This document shows, one piece after another, positions 9,504 through 18,105 of a stretch of DNA of 32,000 nucleotides (the first letter of the stretch is position 1; every line of letters starts with the position of its first letter). The notes beneath the pieces were generated by a model that was not told the DNA's origin, ran no database searches, and saw nothing but the letters and a program-made list of their open reading frames with translations. Source of the DNA: an uncultured Eubacteriales bacterium (GTDB lineage: Bacteria > Bacillota > Clostridia > Lachnospirales > Lachnospiraceae); assembly GCA_900314885.1 (NCBI GenBank), contig OMWY01000019.1, forward strand, positions 7,297 through 39,296. Reading direction: 5' to 3'. Position numbers and translations under genes: made by a program.

Positions 9504-10199
9504 ATGGACAAGAAAAACAAGATGGCTGGCTATGCCGCTAAAATCCGGGAACTTGAGAAGGGTGTCAGTACTAATCCTGAAACTCGCGATGAGAAGCTTC
9601 GCTGTAAGGAATGCCTTGAAAGGGAGCAGAAATATTTTATAGAAATAGGAAGACTTTACAGGGCTTTGATTCCTCATATTTACGCGAAGGATAAGAGGGT
9701 TCGTTATGGAGTTGAACCAGTAAATCAGGTTGAAATTCTTAACGGAAAATACAGTGACGATGGAGCTCTTGACACCATTAAGAAAATTATTCCGATTATT
9801 AAGAGTGATACCTTCAGAAGGTCATCGGCCATTACGAGCATTTATTTTTCCTGTGAAATGACTGACGATTTTTCGGGATGTGTTAACACTGTGTCTGTCG
9901 ATGGCGATAATATCGAGCCATCCGCGACAAACCAGGCATGGGGCCGCTATCGGGCGAGATATGACCTTAAGAAAAATAATGTGACCGGTGTCTTTGATTC
10001 GAAGGATACCTTCGAGGATCCTATCCCTGCGGAAATTATTGAGATAGTAAACGCGAGCGAAGAGGAAAATGATGAGCTGACAAGCAATATCAAGGCTCTC
10101 CTTAACGCGAAAAACCGTGGTGTCGATCTCATAAATAAGAACGGCAGAGGAAATGATACCATGACAAGGACTGATTTAATAAAAAATCTGTCCAAATAA
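9504..10199 (+). CDS. Hypothetical cytoplasmic protein
   Basis: 231-aa ORF preceded by AAGGAG. I recognise no family. Confidence 0.55.
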   Translation: MDKKNKMAGYAAKIRELEKGVSTNPETRDEKLRCKECLEREQKYFIEIGRLYRALIPHIYAKDKRVRYGVEPVNQVEILNGKYSDDGALDTIKKIIPIIKSDTFRRSSAITSIYFSCEMTDDFSGCVNTVSVDGDNIEPSATNQAWGRYRARYDLKKNNVTGVFDSKDTFEDPIPAEIIEIVNASEEENDELTSNIKALLNAKNRGVDLINKNGRGNDTMTRTDLIKNLSK

Positions 10200-10226
10200 A
10201 TGCCAATTACTACAGACATTTTTTAT

Positions 10227-10255
10227 TTGCTATTTGAACGCGTTAGGACTATAAT
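10227..10255 (+). promoter_or_regulatory. Candidate sigma-70 promoter for pgi
   Basis: TTGCTA (10227-10232), a 17-nt spacer, then a perfect TATAAT (10250-10255), about 55 nt upstream of the pgi ATG. Confidence 0.4.
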
Positions 10256-10308
10256 GAACTGTGGACCGCATAGCGGTATGGATTATACAATCAGGAGGAC
10301 AGATAATC

Positions 10309-11889
10309 ATGTTAAACTGGAAGAACTTTGACGAGCTTGAGTCTTACAAGGCACTTAAGAGCGTTAAGCCTGTGGAGCTTAAGGAAGTTATGGCAGGAGA
10401 GAGCGGAGCTAAGAGAGTTAAGGAAATGAGCGTTCCTATGGCTGCCGGTTTCTCTTATAATTACGCTGCTAAGGCTGTTGATGAGGATATCCTTAAGGCT
10501 CTTGTCAAGCTTGCGGATGAGGCGCAATTAGCTGAGAAATTCGAAGATCTTTACAACGGTGATGTTATAAATACAGGTGAGAAGCGTATGGTTCTTCACC
10601 ATTTAACAAGAGGTCAGCTTGGGAAGGATGTCGTTGCTGACGGCGTCAACAAGCGTGATTTCTATAAGGAACAGGTTAAGAGAATTGCTGATTTCGCAAA
10701 TGACGTGCATGCGGGAAAAATCGTAAACGAGAAGGGTGAGAAGTTTACGACTGTCTGCCAGATTGGTATAGGTGGTTCTGACCTTGGCCCTAGAGCTATG
10801 TATCTTGCTCTCGAGAACTGGGCTAAGATGGAAGGCTGCTTTAAGATGGACGCGCATTTCATCAGCAATGTAGATCCTGATGACGCGACAGCTGTCCTTA
10901 AGTCTATAGATGTAGCCAAGACCATTTTCATACTTGTATCTAAGTCAGGTACAACTCTTGAAACCCTTACAAATGAGGCATTTGTAAAGGATGCCCTTAC
11001 TAAGGCGGGCCTTGATTCATCAAAGCACATGATTGCGGTAACCAGTGAGACTTCTCCTCTCGCTAAGAATCCGGGATATCTTGCTGCCTTCTTCATGGAT
11101 GATTATATCGGAGGACGTTATTCTTCTACCTCAGCCGTAGGTGGCGCTGTACTTTCACTCGCCTTCGGTCCTGAGGTATTCGAGCGCTTCTTAAATGGCG
11201 CAGCGGCTGAGGATAAGCTTGCGACAGAGAAGGATCCTATGAAGAATCCAGATATGCTTGATGCCCTTATCGGTGTATATGAGAGGAACTTTATGGGTTA
11301 TGGCGCGAGCGCTGTTCTTCCGTATTCTCAGGCACTCAGCAGATTCCCGGCTCATTTACAGCAGCTTGATATGGAGTCAAACGGTAAGAGTGTAAACCGT
11401 TTCGGTGAGCCTCTTAACTACGTAACGGGTCCTGCTATATTCGGTGAACCGGGTACAAATGGCCAGCATTCATTCTACCAGCTTTTACACCAGGGAACTG
11501 ACATCATTCCTCTTCAGTTTGTTGCCTTCAAGAACAATCAGACCGGAAATGATGTAGATATCCAGGGTTCAACAAGTCAGAAGAAGCTTTGCGCTAATGT
11601 CGCGGCCCAGATCGTAGCGTTTGCCTGCGGAAAGCATGATGACAATAAGAATAAGAATTTCGTAGGAAACCGCCCATCAAGTATAATAATCGGTGATCAG
11701 GTTAATCCTGAGAGTCTCGGCGCTCTTCTTGCTCATTTTGAGAATAAGGTTATGTTCCAGGGATTTGTATGGAATGTAAACAGCTTTGACCAGGAAGGTG
11801 TTCAGCTTGGTAAGGTGCTCGCTAAGAGAGTACTTGCCCATGATACTGATGGCGCGCTTGCGGAGTACGCGAGGTTACTGGATATCTAA
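10309..11889 (+). CDS. pgi: Glucose-6-phosphate isomerase
   Basis: ATG at 10309 follows AGGAGG (10293-10298); the listed ORF starts at GTG 10261. Motifs GIGGSDLGPR, SKSGTTLET, ESNGK and GQHSFYQLLHQG are present. Confidence 0.92.
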   Translation: MLNWKNFDELESYKALKSVKPVELKEVMAGESGAKRVKEMSVPMAAGFSYNYAAKAVDEDILKALVKLADEAQLAEKFEDLYNGDVINTGEKRMVLHHLTRGQLGKDVVADGVNKRDFYKEQVKRIADFANDVHAGKIVNEKGEKFTTVCQIGIGGSDLGPRAMYLALENWAKMEGCFKMDAHFISNVDPDDATAVLKSIDVAKTIFILVSKSGTTLETLTNEAFVKDALTKAGLDSSKHMIAVTSETSPLAKNPGYLAAFFMDDYIGGRYSSTSAVGGAVLSLAFGPEVFERFLNGAAAEDKLATEKDPMKNPDMLDALIGVYERNFMGYGASAVLPYSQALSRFPAHLQQLDMESNGKSVNRFGEPLNYVTGPAIFGEPGTNGQHSFYQLLHQGTDIIPLQFVAFKNNQTGNDVDIQGSTSQKKLCANVAAQIVAFACGKHDDNKNKNFVGNRPSSIIIGDQVNPESLGALLAHFENKVMFQGFVWNVNSFDQEGVQLGKVLAKRVLAHDTDGALAEYARLLDI

Positions 11890-11894
11890 ATAAT

Positions 11895-12061
11895 ACTCCT
11901 TCAGTCACGAGCAGAGCTCGTGCCAGCTCCCTCTAAGAGGGAGCCTTATAAGGCGCTGACTTTCATAGCTCCCGACAAGGGAGCTTTATTTATTGCCAAA
12001 TTATAGTTTTCTTTTAGGCTCCCTCTCTGAGGGAGCTGGCGCCGTAGGCGACTGAAGGAGT
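11895..12061. repeat. Nested palindromic intergenic element: two inverted ~50-nt modules flanking a terminator hairpin (MITE/REP-like)
   Basis: ACTCCTTCAGTC (11895-11906) is the reverse complement of GACTGAAGGAGT (12050-12061). GCCAGCTCCCTC (11922-11933) is the reverse complement of GAGGGAGCTGGC (12029-12040). Each module carries its own GCTCCCTC-N3-GAGGGAGC hairpin. Confidence 0.6.
11967..11994 (+). terminator. Rho-independent terminator after pgi (centre of the palindromic element)
   Basis: AGCTCCC (11967-11973) / GGGAGCT (11979-11985) stem followed by TTTATTTATT. Confidence 0.6.
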
Positions 12062-12075
12062 AGGCTTGTGCCATG

Positions 12076-13071
12076 CTATAGTCTTCTTCCCACCTCCCAA
12101 AACCACATCAGCACTTCTCTTGGCATGAGCTTGGCGAAGAGCCGGTGGATGGTGCAGAAGGCTCCCGGAGTTGAGACGGCAAAGCCAAGCCTGCTGTCCG
12201 TGAGGCTCCTGCCTGCTACAAAGCTTGACTTAGCACCACCCGCGAAGTGTCTGATATAAGGCTTTCCATGCTTATCAAGCTTACTTGCGTTAGCAGTTGA
12301 GAGGAATTCCGTATTATTCATCCAGAAAGGGCAGGAAGCCGTTACATTTATCCTCTTAGGCATAAGCTCCATCCTAAGCCCTCTCGAATAGTAGTAGAGG
12401 AAGGACTTGCTCGCGGCGTATACGTTAAAGTACTGGAGAGGCTGGAATGATGCTGTCGAGCATATTTCTATAATTCTTCCGCCTTCCTTCATAAAGGGTA
12501 TCACGGCCCTTGTGATGTTCACGGCGGCCTTGCAGTTTACGTCTATTATTCTGTCTTCTTCTTCCGCGGTAAGGCTCTCGTAGCTTCCTATTTTACCTAA
12601 ACCTGCGCAATTAACAAATAAGGCAAGCTCTCCATCGGCATTACCGAGAGCATCTGTTATTTTATTTATGTCATCGATTTTCGTAAGGTCGGCCGGAATA
12701 ACTCTTGAGGTTTTGCCTAAGGTTCTCGCAAGCTCCAGCATAGGACCTTCACGTCTTGCTGTAAGCCAGATCTCACTTATTTCCGGCTCGTCGGTAACTA
12801 TCTTCCTTGCGAAGTCCTGCCCCAGCCCGCTCGAGGCGCCTGTAATGAGCGCTATTTTTTTGACCGGCGCTTCCGGTATGACATCAGGGATGAAGGCGTT
12901 ATTTACCGCTTCCGCAGCGAGAAAGGTTCCTGCTGTACGGGCCTTCTTCTCCTTTATTTTAAGATATATCATCTCTGATATGCTTATAACTGCCGCCGCG
13001 ATACATGAATAGACGACAGTGTTCTTAGCAAATCCTATAATAAAGCCTATTAATTTCGCTATAAATATCAT
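12076..13071 (-). CDS. Short-chain dehydrogenase/reductase (SDR) family oxidoreductase with an N-terminal membrane anchor
   Basis: TGxxxGxG motif ITGASSGLGQ, NCAG, and catalytic YAASKSF (YxxxK). The N-terminal 40 aa are hydrophobic. Confidence 0.85.
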   Translation of the reverse strand: MIFIAKLIGFIIGFAKNTVVYSCIAAAVISISEMIYLKIKEKKARTAGTFLAAEAVNNAFIPDVIPEAPVKKIALITGASSGLGQDFARKIVTDEPEISEIWLTARREGPMLELARTLGKTSRVIPADLTKIDDINKITDALGNADGELALFVNCAGLGKIGSYESLTAEEEDRIIDVNCKAAVNITRAVIPFMKEGGRIIEICSTASFQPLQYFNVYAASKSFLYYYSRGLRMELMPKRINVTASCPFWMNNTEFLSTANASKLDKHGKPYIRHFAGGAKSSFVAGRSLTDSRLGFAVSTPGAFCTIHRLFAKLMPREVLMWFWEVGRRL

Positions 13072-13148
13072 TTGCGCGCTCCCTTCATTAAAGACAACCT
13101 TAAGATAATTATAAGTAAATGTCCTTCATTTCGCAAGTCCTAAAGGTT

Positions 13149-13176
13149 TAGAAAAAATAAAGTTTTGCCGACATAA
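13149..13176 (+). promoter_or_regulatory. Candidate sigma-28 (FliA/SigD)-type promoter for the flagellar module
   Basis: GCCGACAT (13167-13174) matches 7 of 8 positions of the GCCGATAT -10 consensus. The -35 is weak: TAGA at 13149-13152, spacer 14. Confidence 0.35.
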
Positions 13177-13213
13177 TAAGTAGATTGTAGAAGTCAATTA
13201 TGGGAGAGTGCTT

Positions 13214-16171
13214 ATGACTAATCTTAATTCAGTTGATTATAGTAAACAGGACAACAACGTAAGCGAACTTACTAAGGCAGAAAGCCCTGCCCTTAGAAGT
13301 TTAAAGGATGGTCCTGTTGATGATATACCCCAGGTGAAGAAGTTTGAAACGGTGATAGAGAGACCGATAGAGCTTACAAGGGCTAAGCTTCCTTCATCTG
13401 TAATTGAGAATACCAAGGAGCAGGAACGGGCTTCAAGGGAACTAAAAGAGGAAGCAGAGAATGAGGCATCTGCCTTCAAGGATATCGCAGGGAAGCTTAA
13501 CTCCGATAATCTGAAGGCACTTATGGATGATGGACTTAATGCCGGCGATTCAAAAGCGGACATTATTAAGAAGAGCGTTGATAATTTTAAGGAGCATCGT
13601 GAGAAAAAAAGGGAGTACACCGCGGCGGAGGCGGAACATTTAAAAGAAAGCGCCGAAAATGCTCGCTCTATGGGACTTAACGACGAAGAGCGAGAGATAG
13701 CGGAGAAGCTTGAGCAGTCAGGATTAGCGGTAACAAAGGAAAATATCGAAAAAGTTCAGGGCGCTTTGGAGCTTGCGGGAAACGCAGTTAAGAATCTCAC
13801 TGACAGCGGCAAGAGGTACCTGGTTTCAGAAAATAAGACTCAGTCGATAATAAATATTTACATGGCAGGGCATATTGCAGGCGATGCTTCTTCGATTGAG
13901 AGAAGCGCAGACGGAGACCTGTACACGGAATCTGCCGAGAATGAAAAGGCCTGGCAGGAGGTGCTGCCGCAGGCCCGCAACATTTTAGCGAACGAAGGTG
14001 TGCCGGTAGATGACGAGACACTTGGCGTTTCCAAATGGCTCTTCTTTAACGACATCCCTATAAATGCCGAAAATATCGCTGAAGCTCTCTCTCTTAATAA
14101 CCTTAAGGATGGCGTACCTAAGGATGAAACAGAAGTTAAAATCGTCGATACGATCGCTCTGGGCGAGAAGAGCTATGATGCGATTATCGGTGATGTTGAC
14201 GAGCGTAAGGCTTCTTATGTTGTAAATTATCTTTCGAATGTGAATGCCGACAGCATTAAGGACATTACGGCGAGACGGAAGCTAGAGGAGGCAAGGCTTG
14301 CCCTGACTTATGAATCAGCCCTCGGTATGATTAGGAAGGGGATAGATATTGATCTTAGCAATCTCGAAGGACTGGTTGAAAGTCTTAAGAAAACTGAAAG
14401 TGACTACTACGCAGGTCTCATCGAGAATGCCACTTACGATTCAGAGCTTTCGCGGGAAAATGAGGGCGAGAGCCCCGAAAAGGTACTTGAGAGACCTAAG
14501 CTTAGCCTTAGTGATCAGGTTGCCCTTATGTCGAAGGTTCTCACGGTCAGGAATTATGCTGTAAATATGCCACTTGACAGCGACTACATGACAGGCGCTG
14601 TGGGTGAGAGCGAAAAGAGCAACAATACGATAAACCTTGAGAGGTTCCATGAGGCGGGCCTTGCCTACGAGGCGAGCGGAACCGAGGTTAGAAGGAATCT
14701 CGGCGACAGCATGAGAAAGGCCTTCAGAAATGTTGATGAAATTATTTCTAAAAATGGCCTTACGCCTACTGAAGCGAACAGGACGGCAGTAAAGATGCTT
14801 GCCATGAATAACGCTGATATTACAAGAGCTTCCATCATTTCCATGAGGAGGTCTACTATAATCGCTACAACCGCTCTTAAGGGGCTTAAGCCGGCTACAG
14901 TAGCGGGATTGATAAAGAACGGCAGGAATCCTCTCGATATGTCAATGGAGGAGCTCTTTGAGACCGTGAAGGAGATAAATAATTCAGCGCCACAGTCTGA
15001 TGAAAGCTATGCGGCCTATTTATATAAGATTGAAAACAGGGGCGATATCACTGATGAGGAGCGTCAGGCTTATATAGGAATTTACAGGCTCTTAAATAAG
15101 CTGGAGCAAAATGATGGCGGCGATATAGGCTCGGTTGTCCTTGCGGGACGCGAGCTCACACTCAGAAATATGCTTTCAGCCGTAAGAAGCAGACGGCAGG
15201 CGGGCTTCGATGTCACGGTTGACGAGGACCTGGGCGAGCTTGCTGATTTTACGGAAGCTTCAAACAGGATCGACAGACAGATTGATGGCGCCTTTATTTC
15301 CGACATAGCGGCGAAGCTAAAGGATGAGCTATCTGAAGCGTCAGAGGACTACCTTAAGGATCAGAGCGCAGAGCTTGCTCGCTTCATGAGTGAAAACTCT
15401 GACAGTATGCAGGGTCTCATCACGGAAGGGGCGAAGCTGACGGCCTATAATCTTGCTGCCGAAAGCGACATCAGAAGGGGCAGGAAGTCAATTAATGCCA
15501 TAACCGAAAATCTGTCTGAGGATGATCTTGATGAGCTTGGTGGGAGCTCTGAGAAGTCCGTAGCGGAGATGGATGATCCGGAGAAATTAACTACTGACGT
15601 AGAGGCAATCAATGGAAAATTATCAGATAAGGCCGATGACCTTGCGGCTGCTGACAATATCACCTTTGATCGCTTCGCTGCCCTCCTTGCGGCAAAGAGA
15701 ACGCTTGCCTTATCAAGCGTAAGGATTCGAAGCGGGAAGTTCGATATCCCTGTATTTGTAAATAACAGGCTCGCGAACCTCTCTGTGTCGATAAATGAAG
15801 GAAGCAGCGGTTCAGAGAGGGGAAGCATAGACATTGCAATAGATGGTGACATAAATGGCTCATTTACTGTGAACGGTGATACGGTGAGTGGATTCATGGC
15901 TTCGGAGAATGAAAATATGTTGCAGGCCATGAGCGGAGCTCTGGATATGCTCACTGAAAATATTGAAAATTCGGGATTTCAGGCCGGAGAAATTTCATTT
16001 CACAATGTGAAGACGGTTCAGAATTCCGGAAACAATGTCGATAATAAGGATAGTAATGTTAAAACAAGGAAGCTGTACCGGGCGGCGAAGGTTATCGCCA
16101 CCTTTATGCTAGGGAGAGTAAGGGGTATGGCCGAAAATGGAACGGATTCCATGAGTACAGTTAAGGAGTGA
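13214..16171 (+). CDS. Large acidic, probably helical protein of unknown function with a FliK-like C-terminal region
   Basis: 985-aa ORF from ATG 13214 (GTG 13208 is also possible) after GGGAGAG. It ends 4 nt before the flagellin gene. Residues encoded at about 15740-16009 (FDIPVFVNN...IDIAIDGDINGSFTVNGDTVSGFMASENENMLQAMSGALDMLTENIENSGFQAGEISF) resemble the FliK C-terminal (Flg_hook) pattern. Confidence 0.7.
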   Translation: MTNLNSVDYSKQDNNVSELTKAESPALRSLKDGPVDDIPQVKKFETVIERPIELTRAKLPSSVIENTKEQERASRELKEEAENEASAFKDIAGKLNSDNLKALMDDGLNAGDSKADIIKKSVDNFKEHREKKREYTAAEAEHLKESAENARSMGLNDEEREIAEKLEQSGLAVTKENIEKVQGALELAGNAVKNLTDSGKRYLVSENKTQSIINIYMAGHIAGDASSIERSADGDLYTESAENEKAWQEVLPQARNILANEGVPVDDETLGVSKWLFFNDIPINAENIAEALSLNNLKDGVPKDETEVKIVDTIALGEKSYDAIIGDVDERKASYVVNYLSNVNADSIKDITARRKLEEARLALTYESALGMIRKGIDIDLSNLEGLVESLKKTESDYYAGLIENATYDSELSRENEGESPEKVLERPKLSLSDQVALMSKVLTVRNYAVNMPLDSDYMTGAVGESEKSNNTINLERFHEAGLAYEASGTEVRRNLGDSMRKAFRNVDEIISKNGLTPTEANRTAVKMLAMNNADITRASIISMRRSTIIATTALKGLKPATVAGLIKNGRNPLDMSMEELFETVKEINNSAPQSDESYAAYLYKIENRGDITDEERQAYIGIYRLLNKLEQNDGGDIGSVVLAGRELTLRNMLSAVRSRRQAGFDVTVDEDLGELADFTEASNRIDRQIDGAFISDIAAKLKDELSEASEDYLKDQSAELARFMSENSDSMQGLITEGAKLTAYNLAAESDIRRGRKSINAITENLSEDDLDELGGSSEKSVAEMDDPEKLTTDVEAINGKLSDKADDLAAADNITFDRFAALLAAKRTLALSSVRIRSGKFDIPVFVNNRLANLSVSINEGSSGSERGSIDIAIDGDINGSFTVNGDTVSGFMASENENMLQAMSGALDMLTENIENSGFQAGEISFHNVKTVQNSGNNVDNKDSNVKTRKLYRAAKVIATFMLGRVRGMAENGTDSMSTVKE

Positions 16172-16175
16172 GACT

Positions 16176-17603
16176 ATGAGAATTAACCATAATATGTCAG
16201 CGATTCGCGCTAACATGCATCTTTCCATTTCGAGCGACAGACTCTCTAAGAGCAGCGAGAAGCTTGCCAGCGGCTATAAGATTAATCACGCATTTGATGA
16301 CCCTGCGGGGCTCGCCATTTCCAATAAAATGCGTCTTCAGATAAAGTCACTTAAGAAGGCGACTGAGAATACCGGAAACGGAATCTCGGTTATGCAGATA
16401 GCTGATGGGGCGCTTGAGGAAGTGACCTCCATGATTCAGCGTATGAATGAGCTCTCTGTAAAGGCCGCGAACGGTACAAATTCAAATAACGACAGACAGA
16501 ATATCCAGGATGAAGTGAGCCAGCTGATGTCTGAGATAGACAGAATCGCTGAGACGACCGATTACAATACCATGAAGATTCTTAACGGTGATCTCGACAG
16601 GAGATGCATAACGAACACCGATGGTATAACCATGCAGAATGTCGGCATGGGAGTTGAGGATGGGAAATACCAGATAAAGATAGCAAGTGGAACTGACTTG
16701 AACTATCTGGATAAGAGTAATGTTAGCCTTGTGGATACTGATGCTACAGTCTCAAAATTCACTGATGTGACTCCTAAGCCTGTGATTACGGTAGAAGGCA
16801 CGAATACGAACTTCAAGGAAGAATCTACAACTTCGGAAACTGCGAATGATTCGGACACTTCAAGAACCTATGAGGCGACCGGTGACAGGAAGTTCGTAAA
16901 GGGCCGCATGCTTGATGATCCGAGAGTAGTTGTGACAGGAAAAGACGGATTCAGCATGGAATTCAGGCTGGATCTGGATGAGCTCTATAAGAAGAATAAA
17001 GATAACATTACATTTAAATATGAGTATTTTGATGGAACTGACACTTACACAAAGACAGTGGTGAATGGTGGAACGGCTACTTATACCGATAAGGCTGGGA
17101 ATGCTATTAACGATGCGGATATTAAAGCAAAGTTGGATGCCAGTGAACCAGCAAGCGCTAAGTATACCGGCGCCGACATCACCGTCACCGGTACTGTCCT
17201 TGACGCGGGCTACGCTACCCTCCAACTTGGCGCTAACACAGGCGAGGATATGGACGTCTATATCCCTAAGATTAGCACCGAGACCCTCGGTATAGAGGAT
17301 CTCGACGTCACAACCGAAAACGACGCTACAGAGGCAGTGAGGAAGGTCAGCACCGCCCTTGCGAACGTATCAAGCTTCAGAAGCAGACTCGGCGCCTATC
17401 AGAACCGCCTCGAGAGCACCTTAAGGAACAGCAACACAACCGTAGAGAATATGACCCAGTCACTCTCAAGGGTTATGGATACGGATATGGCTGAAGAGAT
17501 GACGGAATATACCCAGCTCCAGGTACTCGAGCAGGCAGGAACCAGCGTTCTTGCTGAGGCAAATCAGCGCCCTGAGACAATTCTTTCCATACTTCAGAGC
17601 TGA
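16176..17603 (+). CDS. fliC: Flagellin
   Basis: N-terminus MRINHNMSAIRANMHL...KLASGYKIN...DDPAGLAISNKM...NGISVMQIADGAL. C-terminus RSRLGAYQNRLESTLRN...LQVLEQAGTSVLAEANQRPETILSILQS. AAGGAG RBS. The central variable region is about 200 aa. Confidence 0.93.
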   Translation: MRINHNMSAIRANMHLSISSDRLSKSSEKLASGYKINHAFDDPAGLAISNKMRLQIKSLKKATENTGNGISVMQIADGALEEVTSMIQRMNELSVKAANGTNSNNDRQNIQDEVSQLMSEIDRIAETTDYNTMKILNGDLDRRCITNTDGITMQNVGMGVEDGKYQIKIASGTDLNYLDKSNVSLVDTDATVSKFTDVTPKPVITVEGTNTNFKEESTTSETANDSDTSRTYEATGDRKFVKGRMLDDPRVVVTGKDGFSMEFRLDLDELYKKNKDNITFKYEYFDGTDTYTKTVVNGGTATYTDKAGNAINDADIKAKLDASEPASAKYTGADITVTGTVLDAGYATLQLGANTGEDMDVYIPKISTETLGIEDLDVTTENDATEAVRKVSTALANVSSFRSRLGAYQNRLESTLRNSNTTVENMTQSLSRVMDTDMAEEMTEYTQLQVLEQAGTSVLAEANQRPETILSILQS

Positions 17604-17615
17604 TTGAGGTGAGAA

Positions 17616-18098
17616 ATGACCGCTGAAGAAATAAAAAATTTCAAAAATCGTATAACTTCCGCAAACAGGACTGGTCTAACCGTTATCATTTATGATATAA
17701 TAGACACTGACCTCACTGAAGCGGAAGAAAAGATTGCGATATCTGACAAGGAAGGAGCCAAGCATGCCCTTGCCCACGCAAGGAAATTCGTGACGGAGCT
17801 CCTTGTCACGCTCGATATGAAATACGAGCTCTCGTATAATCTCGCAAGTCTCTACATTTACGTAAATAAATGCATAAATTCTGCCTACGTGAGTCTTAAG
17901 GCAGAAAAAGTAACAGAAGCTGCGCGTATTATGAAGAGCCTCGGTGACGCATTCAGAAAGGTGGCCGAGACGGATGATAGCGCTCCCCTCATGGAGAATA
18001 CTGAGTCGGTATACGCGGGACTTACCTACGGAAAGGGAATGGAACCGGATGAGGCTGTGGTTGACGCGAATGAAGCGAACCGTGGCTTCCTGGTTTAG
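17616..18098 (+). CDS. fliS: FliS-like flagellin export chaperone with a C-terminal extension
   Basis: Sits immediately downstream of the flagellin. The pattern ITSANRTGLTVIIYDII...AHARKFVTELLVTLDMKYELSYNLASLYIYVNKCINSAY...LGDAFRKV follows the FliS four-helix template. Confidence 0.72.
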   Translation: MTAEEIKNFKNRITSANRTGLTVIIYDIIDTDLTEAEEKIAISDKEGAKHALAHARKFVTELLVTLDMKYELSYNLASLYIYVNKCINSAYVSLKAEKVTEAARIMKSLGDAFRKVAETDDSAPLMENTESVYAGLTYGKGMEPDEAVVDANEANRGFLV

Positions 18099-18105
18099 AA
18101 AAGGT

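Noticed and set aside
16037-16044. GTCGATAA inside the 3' end of the 985-aa ORF, about 130 nt upstream of the flagellin ATG. I considered it as a possible internal sigma-28 promoter for fliC.
   Set aside because: There is no TAAA-like -35 at the right distance (the sequence there is TCAG/GAAT). The octamer simply encodes ...N-V-D-N-K.... It remains a possibility only for 5'-end mapping.
17944-18105. N-terminal extensions of listed ORFs: 17944 for the Ig-like protein, 10261 for pgi, 7871 for the GNAT-like gene, 27826 for srtB and 29846 for murG.
   Set aside because: The extensions overlap upstream genes or lack an RBS. Internal ATGs preceded by AGGAG-type sites give N-termini matching the family norm (MLNWKNF for pgi, MKKIVLTGGG for murG, and a signal peptide or TM helix for the others).
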